This document shows positions 23,430 to 36,090 of a stretch of 64,000 nt of DNA, piece by piece. Numbering within the stretch: the first letter of the stretch is position 1; every line of letters begins with the position of its first letter. Made by a program: the position numbers and the translations under genes. Below the pieces are notes generated by a model. The model was given only the letters and a program-made list of their open reading frames with translations, searched no databases and was not told the origin of the DNA. Source of the stretch: Antedon mediterranea (Eukaryota > Animalia > Echinodermata); assembly GCF_964355755.1 (NCBI RefSeq), contig NC_092677.1, forward strand, positions 28,197,175-28,261,174, read 5' to 3'.

Positions 23430-26400
23430 GGTTCTAGGACACCTACCCCCTAGACAGTTACCCCCCGGATGTTTACCACCCGGACAACTACCCCCTTAGG
23501 ACAACTACCCCCCGGACAATTACCCCCCGGACAACTACCCCCTTAGGACAACTACCCTCTTAGGATAACAACCCCCCGGACAACAACCCCCCGGACAACT
23601 ACCCCCCGGACAACCACCCCCTTAGGACAACTACCTCCCGGTCAACTACCCCCCGGTCAACTACCCCCCCGGTCAACTACCCCCCCCCCCCCCCCAATCT
23701 AAAAGTAGACAAATATATAGGACCGGTTTCTTTAAAAATGAAATCATCTGTTTTTAACGGGTGTTTCGAAACTAGAGACCCGAGACCAGAGACCTGACAC
23801 GAGACCCAATACGAAAAAGGAGACCTATATTTGGGTCTCCCTTTTCGTATATTAGGGTCTCCCTTTTCGTATAGTCTGGTCTCTTTTTTCGTATATTTGG
23901 GTCTCCCATTTCGTATATTTGGGTCTCCCTTTTCGTATATTTGGTCTCCCTTTTCGTATATTTAGGTCTCCCTTTTCTTATATTAGGGTCTCCCTTTTTG
24001 TATAGTGGGGTCTCCCTTTTCGTATAGTGGGGTCTCCCTTTTCGTACGTGGGTCTCCCTTTTCGTATATTTAGGTCTCCCTTTTCGTATTGGGTCTCGGG
24101 TCTCATGGTCTCTGGTCTCGGGTCTCTAGTTTCGAAACACCCGTTTTTAACCGATTATTCTGTTTAACAGCACGCTAGGCCCTAGATGTGCTAGATTTAA
24201 AGTACCGTATTTATTGAAAAAAACGGCCTGGGCTGTTTATTGTTTAGGTGGTTTTTAGGTCGACATTTATTGGAAGAAAGTTGTTTATTCAATGGGAGGG
24301 GGTATAGTCTAATGGAAATAGACGCCGATTATTCCATATGATGTGTCATGAGAGTGACATGGTCACCGTTTATTTGAGGGGAATTTATTTAAAGATCGCC
24401 GTTTATTCGGTGAGTGAACATTGAGGTCAAATATCAAAAGTGATATTATTCTTCAAGTGTACAAAAATACAAATGACAAATTTGAGACAAAAATTAATTC
24501 TTTTAAGACCAGTGGTTATCGAAGCATTGTCCTGACGCAAAAATTATTATTATTATTAGCGAACCCAGTTTTTACAGTAAATACAGGGAGTACTATATAA
24601 TACGTTCGACTATCCTATGATCATGTGTGACAATCTTCAGTTTATACCAGGCTATATTTATGTTCAATCTTTTACTTTTGTTTACAATAATCTATATATA
24701 AATTTACGTAAGGGCAAAATTCGGTAAATCGCGCCTTACTTCTAGAATGTTTACTCGATGGTATATAACGTTGGTTCGTACTTTCGATACTGATTTTAAC
24801 CACCTGATGTAACCCTGTTTACTATTTAAATGGAGTTCGATAATTAGTTATTGACGATTAAAACGAATTTAGGTTCAACAATTTGCCCCAAATAGGGGTG
24901 TTTTCCGATCGTGGTATACACTGTCCAATGCATGTATATCTTGAAAAATACCCGCATACAATAATACGAGGATGCTTCGCATTTTCCTATCTCCTCCTAC
25001 GATAATTGTTTTTAATGGATGAAAACCGGTTGAACAGCTCGAGTACAGCATCATAATGTTGAAGACAGACCTATTTTCTTAAAAACATACTATTTTGATA
25101 GATTTAATATACATTTATACAAATGTATTGATTTCCGATGAATGGAACATTCCAATAATAACTCTTTACCACCAGCTGTAGGTAAATTTATTGGCCCTTG
25201 GGGAATTAACCTAAAACCTATATATAGATATAATATTGCAATAAATACGTATTAACATTTGTGGTCGCCATTGAATTTAATGTGAGTGTGGGTACTGTTA
25301 GATGTATAACACAATCATGTACAAATAAACGTATTACTGTGAGTGTAGGCCCTACTGTTATATAGAACGTACAATATACAAATAAACTGTAGTACTGACA
25401 GTTGCTTCTCAACGTTTGTATTAATTAATAATTACAAAGAATATAAACGTTGTAGTGGTACGTGTATCGTTACATATACTACCGTATTCTATTTCAATCG
25501 ACTATGACAGTGACAGTTTTAACAATAAAGTATTAAGTCGCAAATGTGTTACTGTATCAAGTGGTATATTATTTATAGGCCTGTGAGTAGGCCCTACTGT
25601 TATACAAAACGTACAATATACAAATAAACTGTACTACTGACAGTTGCTTCTCAATGTTTGTATTAATTAATAATTACAAAGAATATAAACGTTGTAGTGG
25701 TACGTGTATCGTTACATGTACATGCTATTTCAATGGACTATAACAGTGACAGTTTTAACAAAGTATTAAATCGCAAATGTGTTACTGTATCAAGTGGTAT
25801 ATTATTTATAGGCCTATCAAACATGAAAAACATATTTCGTTACTGAGTAGATAAAGAATATATTAAAACATTGTTCTTCTTTGTACCCATATCCTCTTTC
25901 CCCATCCCTCAACCCTAATGTTACACACAAAACACAAATTGGGTTTGTTTAAATGAGTCCAAATAACAAATTTGGACTCATTTTGTGACAAGTTTCTCTT
26001 TCGGAAGTAATTCCCAGTGTGCTAATTTCAGTTTAATACATAAATCATCGTGTCTATTTATTCGTTTCTGTAAACAATAATAACTATTATCATCCTGCAG
26101 TACGTACATTAAAAAAAAGCATTTTTTTACGCTGAAATTACTGTGTATTCGAGAACCATCTGTGGGCACGACCTAGATGGTACGCGAGCGAAGCGAGCGT
26201 ACCATCTAGTGAATAGTAATTCGTCAAAGTAACGAATTAAAATATAGTTATTAATTCCTATTATACGCTGTTGCAGAGGTCAGGTTGTTGAATGGTCTGG
26301 GTGGTAGTTGTCCGTCCGGGGGGTAGTTGTTCTAAAGGGATAGTTTTCTGGGTGGTAGTTGTCCAGGGGTTAGTTGTCCTACGGAGGTAGTTGTCCTAAA

Positions 26401-26902
26401 AGATTATTTGCCCTCGGAGTATTGTCCAGGTCCAGGAGGTAGTTGTCCTACGGGGAGTATTGTGTCAGAGGCAGTTGTCCGCGGGGTAATTACCCGGGGG
26501 GGGGGGGGTAATTCTCCGGGGGTAATTGTCAAGGGGTAATTGTTCCTAGGGGGTAATTGTCCGGGGGTAGTTGTCCAGGGGTTAGTTGTCCTACGGAGGT
26601 AGTTGTCCTAAAAGATTATTTGCCCTCGGAGTATTGTCCAGGAAGTAGTTGTCCTACGGGGAGTATTGTGTCAGAGGTAGTTGTCCGCGGGGTAATTACC
26701 CGGGGAGGAGGGGGTAATTGTCCGGGGGGTAATTGTCCGGAGGGTAATTGTTCCTAGGGGGTAATTGTCCAGGGGGTAGTTGTCCTAAGGGGGTAGTTGT
26801 CCGGGGGGTATTTGTCCGGGGGGTAGTTGTCCTAAAGGTGGTGGTTGTCCGGGGGGTAGTTTTCCGGGGGGTAAATGTCCAGGGGGTGAATATCCGGATA
26901 CG
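23430..26902 (+). mobile_element. Mutator/Foldback-like element, copy 3, containing the nested MITE and a Helitron
   Basis: Same termini GGTTCTAGG...TATCCGGATACG; perfect 9-bp TSD ATCTGTCAC at 23421-23429 and 26903-26911. Confidence 0.9.
24691..26209 (+). mobile_element. Non-autonomous Helitron (1519 bp)
   Basis: Copy 1 shows the empty site TTTACAATAA|TGAATAGTAATTCG. The insert lies between A and T with no TSD, starts TC and ends CTAG, with a 13-bp-stem hairpin CTAGATGGTACGC-11nt-GCGTACCATCTAG (26173-26209). Internal ~240-bp direct duplication (~25339-25815). Confidence 0.92.
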
Positions 26903-29254
26903 ATCTGTCACGTCAACTCAACATAAAAATGTGTAATGGTTACGATATTTGTTCAGCTTGCCAATAACAAGTTAAAATTCGCAAACGATCGGAAACGAAA
27001 TCTAAAATGTCCGTAACCTTATCTTTCGCGGTTTGACGCGTAAAATACCGTCGTTTCCGGAACACGTACACAAAAACTTCCGTCAACAAACGGTGGTGTA
27101 AAATATGTAATGGTTGGACAGTTGTTGAGCGTGTTACAATAGAAAGTAGTCATATAATAGCACACCAGAAAGTTATAAACAGAAAGATGGCCACAGATGT
27201 CGTCAATAACGTCGCCATTAATTAAGTGTAATTAACTATTAAACACGTGCACTCAAATTGTGGTGCTTTTTGTGTTCTTTTTTTTTGTAATCAAACGCGG
27301 AGAATTCTTAATTAACGTCCTCAGATATCTGCTAGTATAAGATTCATTTTGGTTCTTGTAGAGACATAGTTTTGTAAGTTTTTAAGCACGTTTAAACTTT
27401 TCGTTTAATATGTTTCAATACTTTTCCGGAATGCTTAATTTCGCTGCCGTCTGTGTTTATTGGTTTGTTTAGTAGGCCTACTTTTTGCAAAGTATCGGCT
27501 GCTTCCGAACCCGTTAATAACGTGGGTGGGGGACATGTTCTATAGTGTATCAATGCAGCATGTGAAGCTTGGATCAATAGGCTCACAAAATCAGCTATTA
27601 ATACATGGTCATCTATATACATGAAATACTATGAATCCTGTATTCGGCAGGGAACACTAGTAATAGCAGAACACACACAGCTCAAATCACCTTGATAATG
27701 CCAAATATACCGGTGTAGCTTAAAGTATTACATTGACGATGAGTTTAATAACGAAACTTGCGGCGGAGTAAGCTTAGCAATATTTGAAAGTTGAAGCATA
27801 ATCTTGCATAAATCAATGCGTAATTGCCCTGTTCATTTTATACTTATCCTCCCCAAGAGGCGTTCCAAAGCGCAAGCGGTATTAGTTGACAAATGGTTCC
27901 ACAGGGACACACTATGTGCAAAACAATTCAAGCCTCAATAGGCGTTTAATATGATACGTGTTGTAATCATAACCAAGTCTATTATTCAAATAGGTCTAAT
28001 CTTAAACACCAAAATTCCCTAATTTAATGAGGTAATGCAATTTACATAAAGTGAAATATACAATAAAAACAACAATTAATTGCTAAAGATTGAGAGACCT
28101 GAGGGACCTACTCAAAAGTCGGAAAAACGTCGATTTCATTCATCATTTTGTATTTACATTTAATACGATTCAAATTATTCGTAAAATATGTCAAAACTAG
28201 TTATAGTGTGTGTGTTAATTTGAAACCGTATTTCTGTCACACTGTTAATCATAGACCCGGATGTCTTATTGAATGAGGCGTGAGGAAAGCTCTAGTAAAT
28301 TGAGTTGTTTAAGTATTAGAGGATAATACTTAGCAGTGGGTGAGATGACAAATATACACATCTCCAACCAGTCCACTAATTGTACAGGTCTGTAGAGAAA
28401 TGCACTCCATAAGTACTCTAACCCGAGTAGTCGGATGGTTCGTGCGTGTAAAACGAACCATCATCAACAAGATACTAATGAATGATGATGATGATACCAG
28501 GTGACATCGATGATGCCGTCATTATTGTTACGCGGTGGTCAACGCGCACATATACTGTTTTGACGACAGAAGAATTCTTTACACACGAGGTAAGGGAAGT
28601 ATTTTGGCATAAACGACCAAAGAATAATTATTGTGATTTAAGTTGTATCTAATAATTAAGCTGACTGTGTTGTAAGAAATATTACAATACAAGTTGATGT
28701 AAAATCCTGAAATATAGTACAATGGTTATTGCAATAAGCAATTAGAAGTATTGTAGGCCCATTTGTTAAATACAGTACAATAGTTATTGCAATAAGCATT
28801 AGAAGTATTGTAGGCCCATTTGTTAGCAAAAATAAACTACAGGTATTTATTAATAATTTATTCAACTTAATGTTATCGGATATATAAATTCTTATCATGT
28901 CATTAAAAAAACAAGGCCGTACATGGTTGCAGTCGCTTGCTCAAGTTTGTGTTTGCACGCACGCGACTAGTCTGGGCTCCAGACGGAGTTTTTTCTTAAT
29001 ATTAGTAAAAATATAAATATTTTTGCACATATGGCGTTTCATACCTGTATTACTTGAGTTTGGTATTCAGACAAAAATCGCGGTCGAAATAAAAACAAAT
29101 AAATTATAAAAAAAAAACAATACAGACAAGTCTAGCACGCGACTAAAACATGGAAAGAAAACTTAATGCACCACAACGGTGTGGCTCATACTCTCATGTA
29201 TGATTTGTCCTGTAAAATATTTGTTCTTTTCGCCTGTAGAAATTTAAGCTGTAT

Positions 29255-29585
29255 TTGATTGATTGATTGAATGATTGAAATTTATATTTATACTGGATAA
29301 CCTCTTCAGTCAAAGACTTGTCTCCCAGAGGGCCCAGTTGGTGATCAGTGGCTGTGATGTACTAATACACCGGGGTAACCCCCTACTCGTCTCGAAAGAT
29401 GTACTAGGTTCTTTAAAGTGTACACGAGCTAGATGTGTACACTGGACCTACGGTTTATAGTCCTTATCCGAGAAGACTCGTTCTACCACCAGAACCATGG
29501 AGTGAGTGAGCCTCGATCGAACCCCTGCCGATGTTATGGCTACGTAATTACGGTTCCACTGTCTTAACCGCTCGGCCACTCACTC
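29255..29585 (-). mobile_element. tRNA-derived SINE with Deu-like central domain
   Basis: Minus strand: box A TGGCCGAGCGG, box B GTTCGATC, core CTCGGATAAGGACTATAAACCGTAGGTCC...TTAAAGAACC...GAGTAGGGGGTTACCCCGGTGT resembling the DeuSINE domain, (TCAA)n tail. Confidence 0.8.
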
Positions 29586-30521
29586 ACATTTTCGTTTATC
29601 AATAAATTATATGACATTTATAATTCATATTTTCCCAAAAGAACGTAGGCCTATAATTAAAACATTCCCCTCTGGCAATCGAAATAGATGCCCTTTTGAT
29701 TCTATTAAGAATAATAAAACAATTATAATTATGACATTAGAAAATAAAGAGTTCAATTATAGGTAGTGTACGGTATAGCAATCATTTTGTTTGTTGCGAG
29801 CATACACTTTTTTTCTCATTCGCTTGACTAACGTTTCCAGTAGCACGTGTACTTTGGGTTCTGGTAAATCCATTTAAGTCGAACTTAATAATCAATATCC
29901 AGCGATCGATCGATTAACGGAATGTTAACGAGGCGTTTACTGGGTCAAATTCTTTAACTAGGGTCAACTCATATTATGACGATAAGTTTAGTTGACATGA
30001 GTTACAAATTGAATTTAACCTGCATCATGTAATTTGATTAGAGCTACGATGAGTAGACATACCACACAGTTTACAGATTGCCTTTACTTGTGGTGTTAAC
30101 GAAATACGACGCTTGGCGATAAACACAGTGGATTACCACACCGATTAACTTATGAAAACAGTTATTAAGTATAACATGTAGATAATGTAGATTCTTGGTC
30201 TTGATAGTCATTAACAACACATTTACAGGTTCTATCTGTACATACAGCTGTACAACTTGACGTCCACTTATCATCACTTTGTTCGCACTTTCACCTTAAA
30301 TATTAGGTATTTAATTATTTATTAAAATATTAATATGATACTGTCTTGGATAGCTTACATGGAAGACTTTTAATTCGTAACCTCTTATACGATTGATATT
30401 TTAAAACAGAAATATTCACTCGCTTCTTTTAAAGCAATCGCTTCTTTTGGTATAGGCCTACTATTGAATATTGTAATGTAATTGTGAATTGTGAAAATAA
30501 ATGTGACATCGGACAATTAGT

Positions 30522-30764
30522 GCTACCATCGTGCTACTGTACCATCGTGCTACTGTACCATCGTGCTACTGTACCATCGTGCTACTGTACCATCGTGCTA
30601 CTGTACCATCGTGCTACTGTACCATCGTGCTACTGTACCATCGTGCTACTGTACCATCGTGCTACTGTACCATCGTGCTACTGTACCATCGTGCTACTGT
30701 ACCATCGTGCTACTGTACCATCGTGCTACTGTACCATCGCGCTACTATACCATCGTGCTACTGT
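30522..30764. repeat. 16-bp minisatellite (ACCATCGTGCTACTGT) x ~15
   Basis: Direct inspection; source of the ORFs at 30484-30782. Confidence 0.95.
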
Positions 30765-33700
30765 AGCTTATTAATTTTTTAGAAATGACAGTAGTAGTAG
30801 TCAGACGAGCAGAAACAAGGCGGCAAACATTTATATTCACACGGTGCTCACAACCCGCGCACACTGTCATTCCCAGTCGGTATCCAAGGTTAATGTAGGC
30901 ACAGTCCTAGTTCGAAATTATGAATTCGGCAAACCCTGGTTACGACTTTGATAGGGACGAAAGTAAACATTCCCAAATGAAAGAATAATTCATGATGTGT
31001 TCAGGTTTCCTACAATTTTCCTACAATGTTGTTAATCAGAGATTACACCATATTAACTTAAGCATTGGGAGACAGGCCCGTAGCCTGTTTTATGGTTCGG
31101 GCGACCTATTGTTTAGATCACGGCAGTCAGCATGCATAAAGTATATAGCCTTCCGACGTACATGGAACGCTGCGGTTACCTACAGTATGTGTGGCTATGA
31201 AGTATACTGTAGTGTATCATCATCATAGAGGATTATAGTGAATGTTAATATATTACACTATAATTATTATCTATGGTATCATGTAGGTTACATTATATAG
31301 CATCCGATTATTTTATCTAGGGCTATACCAGCCGATACGAGGCCTACTCAACTGTATCAATACCACCTATTTACATTGATATATTTAATTTCCAACAAAT
31401 TGCTGTAAATAAATATAGGTAGAGCTATAATAAGCATTGAATTTGCCTTCTCACACAAAGTTTGCTTTTTTCGGAAATTTCCCTAGACGTACGTTCACAT
31501 TGAAATTGAACGCAAAACAATGACCGAGTGAATGATCAAACAATCGGCGGTTAAATAGTCCACGTGTGTGAGGCGGAGAAAAAAAAGTACGAATACGATC
31601 GTTTTGCTCATTGGAAGCATGCTGCATGAGAGTGTCTTTTCCGACCAATTAGAGGTGCCATTTATCATGAATGTTGTGTGCGAGAGTACCATTTCCGGCC
31701 ATTAGGGGTGTCATTTACCAAAATTCGCTTCTCCTCCTCAGGCCCCACTATTGGGGGTTGGGTGGGGGGGGGGGGGGTGGCAGTGTCCCAAATACTTAGT
31801 GTACGAATCTACCCTTCACAGATCCTGGCTACGGCCCTGGGAAAAAGTATTGGCCCCCTCATCACAAAGTCACAATGTTCTATAGGCCTAATAACTTGGA
31901 TTATAACATTTAGTGACTGTGATTTCAGTGGGCCTATTTAGCCATGTTAGTAGGCCATATACATACATATAAATAAGAGTAATTAACATGTGTCGTTTGA
32001 GCATATCAATTGATGAGTTATAGGCACAAGTGCGTGCGTGAACTATGGTAATGTTTTATTTAATATTGTTTGTATATAGGCCTACTTCAATTGAAGTGTG
32101 GTGGATGTGGTACCATGATGACACAATAAAATGTGTAATTGTTTTTGTGAGTTTTTCATTTATCTGTTTTTGTATATCTCAGAGAAAACATAATTTCTAT
32201 GTATACTTTATATGCAAATGACCAATAAATAGAAGTAAATTTCCACTGATGAATGAATGAATATATTAATGAGAATGTTTATATAAATGGGTTTTTTTTC
32301 AAAGTTTTCTGGAAGTTTGTTCGATATTACCCATAATACGTGCAGCGTCATGTTACCCGACATGCATAGCGAAAGAAGGTGGAAACAGTAATTTCATTTG
32401 TATTATAGTTTATCATATAATTGGGTGCGACCGACCGACCGACCGACATGTTTATTACACCGGCCTACCTCGTGAGAATAGACTATGTTATGCTGTATCT
32501 GTTCATCGGTATTCTTGCTCTTTAATCAATTATGTAGGCCTATTTCATTTTTGTACAAACAAGCAAAACATGACCAAACATCCAAATGACGGATGTACCA
32601 AAAAACCGAAATAAATAAATTTCAAATGAAAAATGAACCATAAAAAATACATTAGAAAATGTTTATTACACACTCGCTTACTTTGTTTGTGATATTTTCC
32701 AATCCACATTCCATTTAATTTAACTTCTTCTGTACATTCATTCATTAAAATATCTACAATCCGCCGGTGTACTGCACACAGCAAACGAATACACAACACT
32801 ACAGCAATGGGAGCAGGACTGTGGATGTTGTCGACCATTAGCAAAAGAGAGATTTTGTGAGTTTTAAACTTTTTTTTTGTTTGTTTTTTAAGGTCTAATA
32901 TTTGCACATCAAGAATATTTACAATGTTTTGTTTTAACTTTTGTTTAATATGTATAGTTAAGATAGGGCCAACTGTAAGAATCGCCTCTATGGGCCAATA
33001 CAGGGAAACTGGCTGACGTACGTCCCAACAGATGTGCATGTGCTAAATTGATAGTGAATAGTATTATACGCGACCCCAGACCGTCCTGGTGGCGACAAGA
33101 ATGATAGTATAGAAAATAGAAGTTGATCTTTACACATTATTGCGCCCAACATTTTAATTGAAGTAATATTTTACATCGATATCCTAACAAACAACTGAGA
33201 TTTTGAAAGGAAACAAATGTTGCGGTACTGTATGTGCATTATTTGTTGCTGAAAATGATGTGCCATGTTTGGTTGAGGAGATCTTGCATATTCTCTTTAA
33301 TTCAATCTCATCGGGAGACCAAACTTGATACAAATTGTACTAGTTGGAATTAAGTATAATTGTTTGAAGGCACGCGAGCCATGTAACACGTTGATGTATT
33401 AATCACTGTGGCTGTGTTTTCAGACATACCAATTATAATTATATACCACATAAATACCATTTCATGTTGGATTCAATTTATCTTTTTCTGTTGAGTTCCA
33501 ACCAGTCACACGGTGATAGAATCGCAACAATTCAATTTACAAAGACGTATATGCTGGGTGTGTTATTTTTGTGTTTGGTAATTCACTAAATAAACGTGTG
33601 GTCTGTAACTGTAACACAAATTGCGTTTGTTGTACCTTCAACGCAATTCCATAATTTAGGGCCTATGTTCGATAAAACAGGGTTGTGAACATTAGTGTGC

Positions 33701-34970
33701 ACAATCCGTTTTAGAATTAAACACCATCATTATCTTCGATTTATACAGTAGTAACTAGTAGCTATCTGTCCACAGTATTTATTAAGTAAAATAAACATGC
33801 ATAAAGTTGTTAATTGCAGAAAGAAAATTGGCCCCTCAAAATTAATCCCTCGCTTTGAAATTATCTCCGATCCACTTGGCCCAAACCACGGCTAGGGGTT
33901 GTGTAGAACAAAGAAGGTTCGAAAGAAACCCCCTTTTTTCTCCTAACAATTTATTTTGTAATAATCATCGCAATGTATTTGCACACTCCCATATCTTCAC
34001 ACACTCCTGTATTAAAACTTAAAATATTCCATCTTTTCTTGATTGACAAGGCAATGGTTATTATGAATATGTTATATTAGCATGTTCAAGAATACGTAAT
34101 AACCCGCAACCTTAAAAAAATATAACTGCTAATTATTATGACTATAAACCGACATCTAAAATAGCAATTATATATTTATAATTGGAACGTTTACCTTAAT
34201 TCATTCATTTTTAAATTTTAGAAAAAAAATCTCATGCATGAAAACTGTGGCAAACAAATTAGTTAGAAATAGAAAAATACAGTTTTAAAGTAGGCCTTTA
34301 TTAGTTGCAAATAGGTAGGGTATGTTAAATGTTAAATACCCAGACTACGAATAAAACAATTTATTTTAGCGGAGCCCAGGGGAGGAGCGAACAAAGGTGG
34401 GGGTGGAATACTTAATCGACGAAGTCCGTAATTTACGGGAATTTCCCTAAAGTTTCGATACGTCTCTCTAACAAACATCTTTGATTTTTCTCGTGCGTCA
34501 CCTATTTCATCAGCGTGTCTGATTTAATGCGCGCGTCATCGGGGTGGTGTCGTCACTGCATATAGGCCTATGTATGTCTCAAAATGTTATACTGTAGTTA
34601 TATTAATTAATTACGTTGTATGTAACTTACCTTTTTTCAGCACTTCCCGTTGCTCAGTGTTCCTGGGGATCGATGCTTGAATTTTCCTAATATTTTCTGG
34701 TCAAAGAATTGTTCGGAAATAGTTCTACAATCAAATCACAGTATGTTGATTTGGTAGTTGAGTTACAAACGTGTCTAAAAACATCCACTACATTATGTCT
34801 TCTCCCGATCTTTTGCACAAGACACGCCCACTTAACAATGCTAGTCTTTGATTGGTTGGTTTGACCATGATTCTTTTTGTTGCTCAGTGCCTGGTAAAAA
34901 CTATTTTTTTGATCGGGAGTAGTTGTTAGTTAGGCCTATATAACTGTATAAATTATGTATTTGCGCGCTG

Positions 34971-35040
34971 TAATAATAATAATAATAATAAGATTTTTAT
35001 AGCGCACATACCACTCCAGAGTGCTCAAGGCGCATTTAAA
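34971..35040 (-). mobile_element. 3' tail of an L2-like LINE/SINE
   Basis: Minus strand GCGCCTTGAGCACTCTGGAGTGGTATGTGCGCTATAAAAATC(TTA)n: stem-loop plus trinucleotide tail. Confidence 0.5.
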
Positions 35041-35254
35041 AATAAAAAAGAAATAAATCATACAAATTCCTGGCAAATAAAATGCAATTTCTTTGGAGGG
35101 TCCCCATCCGTGAATTATATTTATTGACTGTACAGTGTTATGTAATAGTATTCTAAAGGCATATGGCGTATGTAACACAAATTGTGTTTGTTGTATCGCC
35201 AACACAATTCCATCATTTATGTGAATGTGATGAGTGGAAACTTGAATAGGCCTA

Positions 35255-35405
35255 AAGCGTGGTTCCCACTAGCGACGCAAACGTAAGAAAATGCCCTTCC
35301 AATAATTGCAGCACGGTTGCTTCGTTGTTTCCCACTTGTGATTACGCAATACAGCGCTCAATACGTCGTAGCGTTGCGTTGCGTTCGATAGTGGGAACCA
35401 CGCTT
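35255..35405. mobile_element. Harbinger-like MITE (second family)
   Basis: TIR AAGCGTGGTTCCCACTA / TAGTGGGAACCACGCTT flanked by TA. Confidence 0.75.
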
Positions 35406-36090
35406 TAAGCAAACGTGTATTCACACAATGAAATAAAAACATTTGTTGACAAATATTATGCAAACACCAAAGTATTATTAAGATTTTTTTTTTTTATAAT
35501 TTAAATATTTAAAAAAAAATCTACAGATAAAAGTATGGTTACAGTATAAAATTCTATTAAAATAGTGTACACTTTACAAGTTCCTTTAAATGTATATTCA
35601 GCGATATTATTGTTTATTTCTTACAAAACATGTTGATTAATATACAAAGCTTATAATAACTAAAAACGTACAAACACACTAAAAAACATTTTAAATAATA
35701 TTAATATTCCAATATTTTATAGCGTCATTAGCAAGCGTGGGTACAGTAAAATTATTTCTTTATCCACATAACGTTTAGCACTAATTATATCCACCCGATA
35801 CACAAGCAGTATTATGTCTAGTGACAATAAACATTCTGCAGTATCTTGTCTTCAGCCAGCAACCTTTGTCCCATATGGAATACCTTTTACAGTAGCCTTT
35901 TTCTGAAGCGTTATGTCTACGCTTTCTGCCATCCACCTTATTCGTTTGCTTTAGCTTTAGACCTTGGTTCGAATCCTAAGTACAGTCGTTTGGTTAAGTT
36001 AATATTTAGAAGTGATATGGTACACGACTGTTTGCCGTCTGCAGAAATTTCTTGTTGCTAAACATGATACCGTAATAGAATCATTTTGTA

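Noticed and set aside
31072-31839. hAT-like inverted ends CAGGCCCGTAGCC / GGCTACGGCCCTG
   Set aside because: No matching 8-bp TSD, so they may be ends of unrelated fragments.
32545-33039. 164-aa minus-strand ORF
   Set aside because: AT-biased low-complexity translation with no recognisable domain or splice support.
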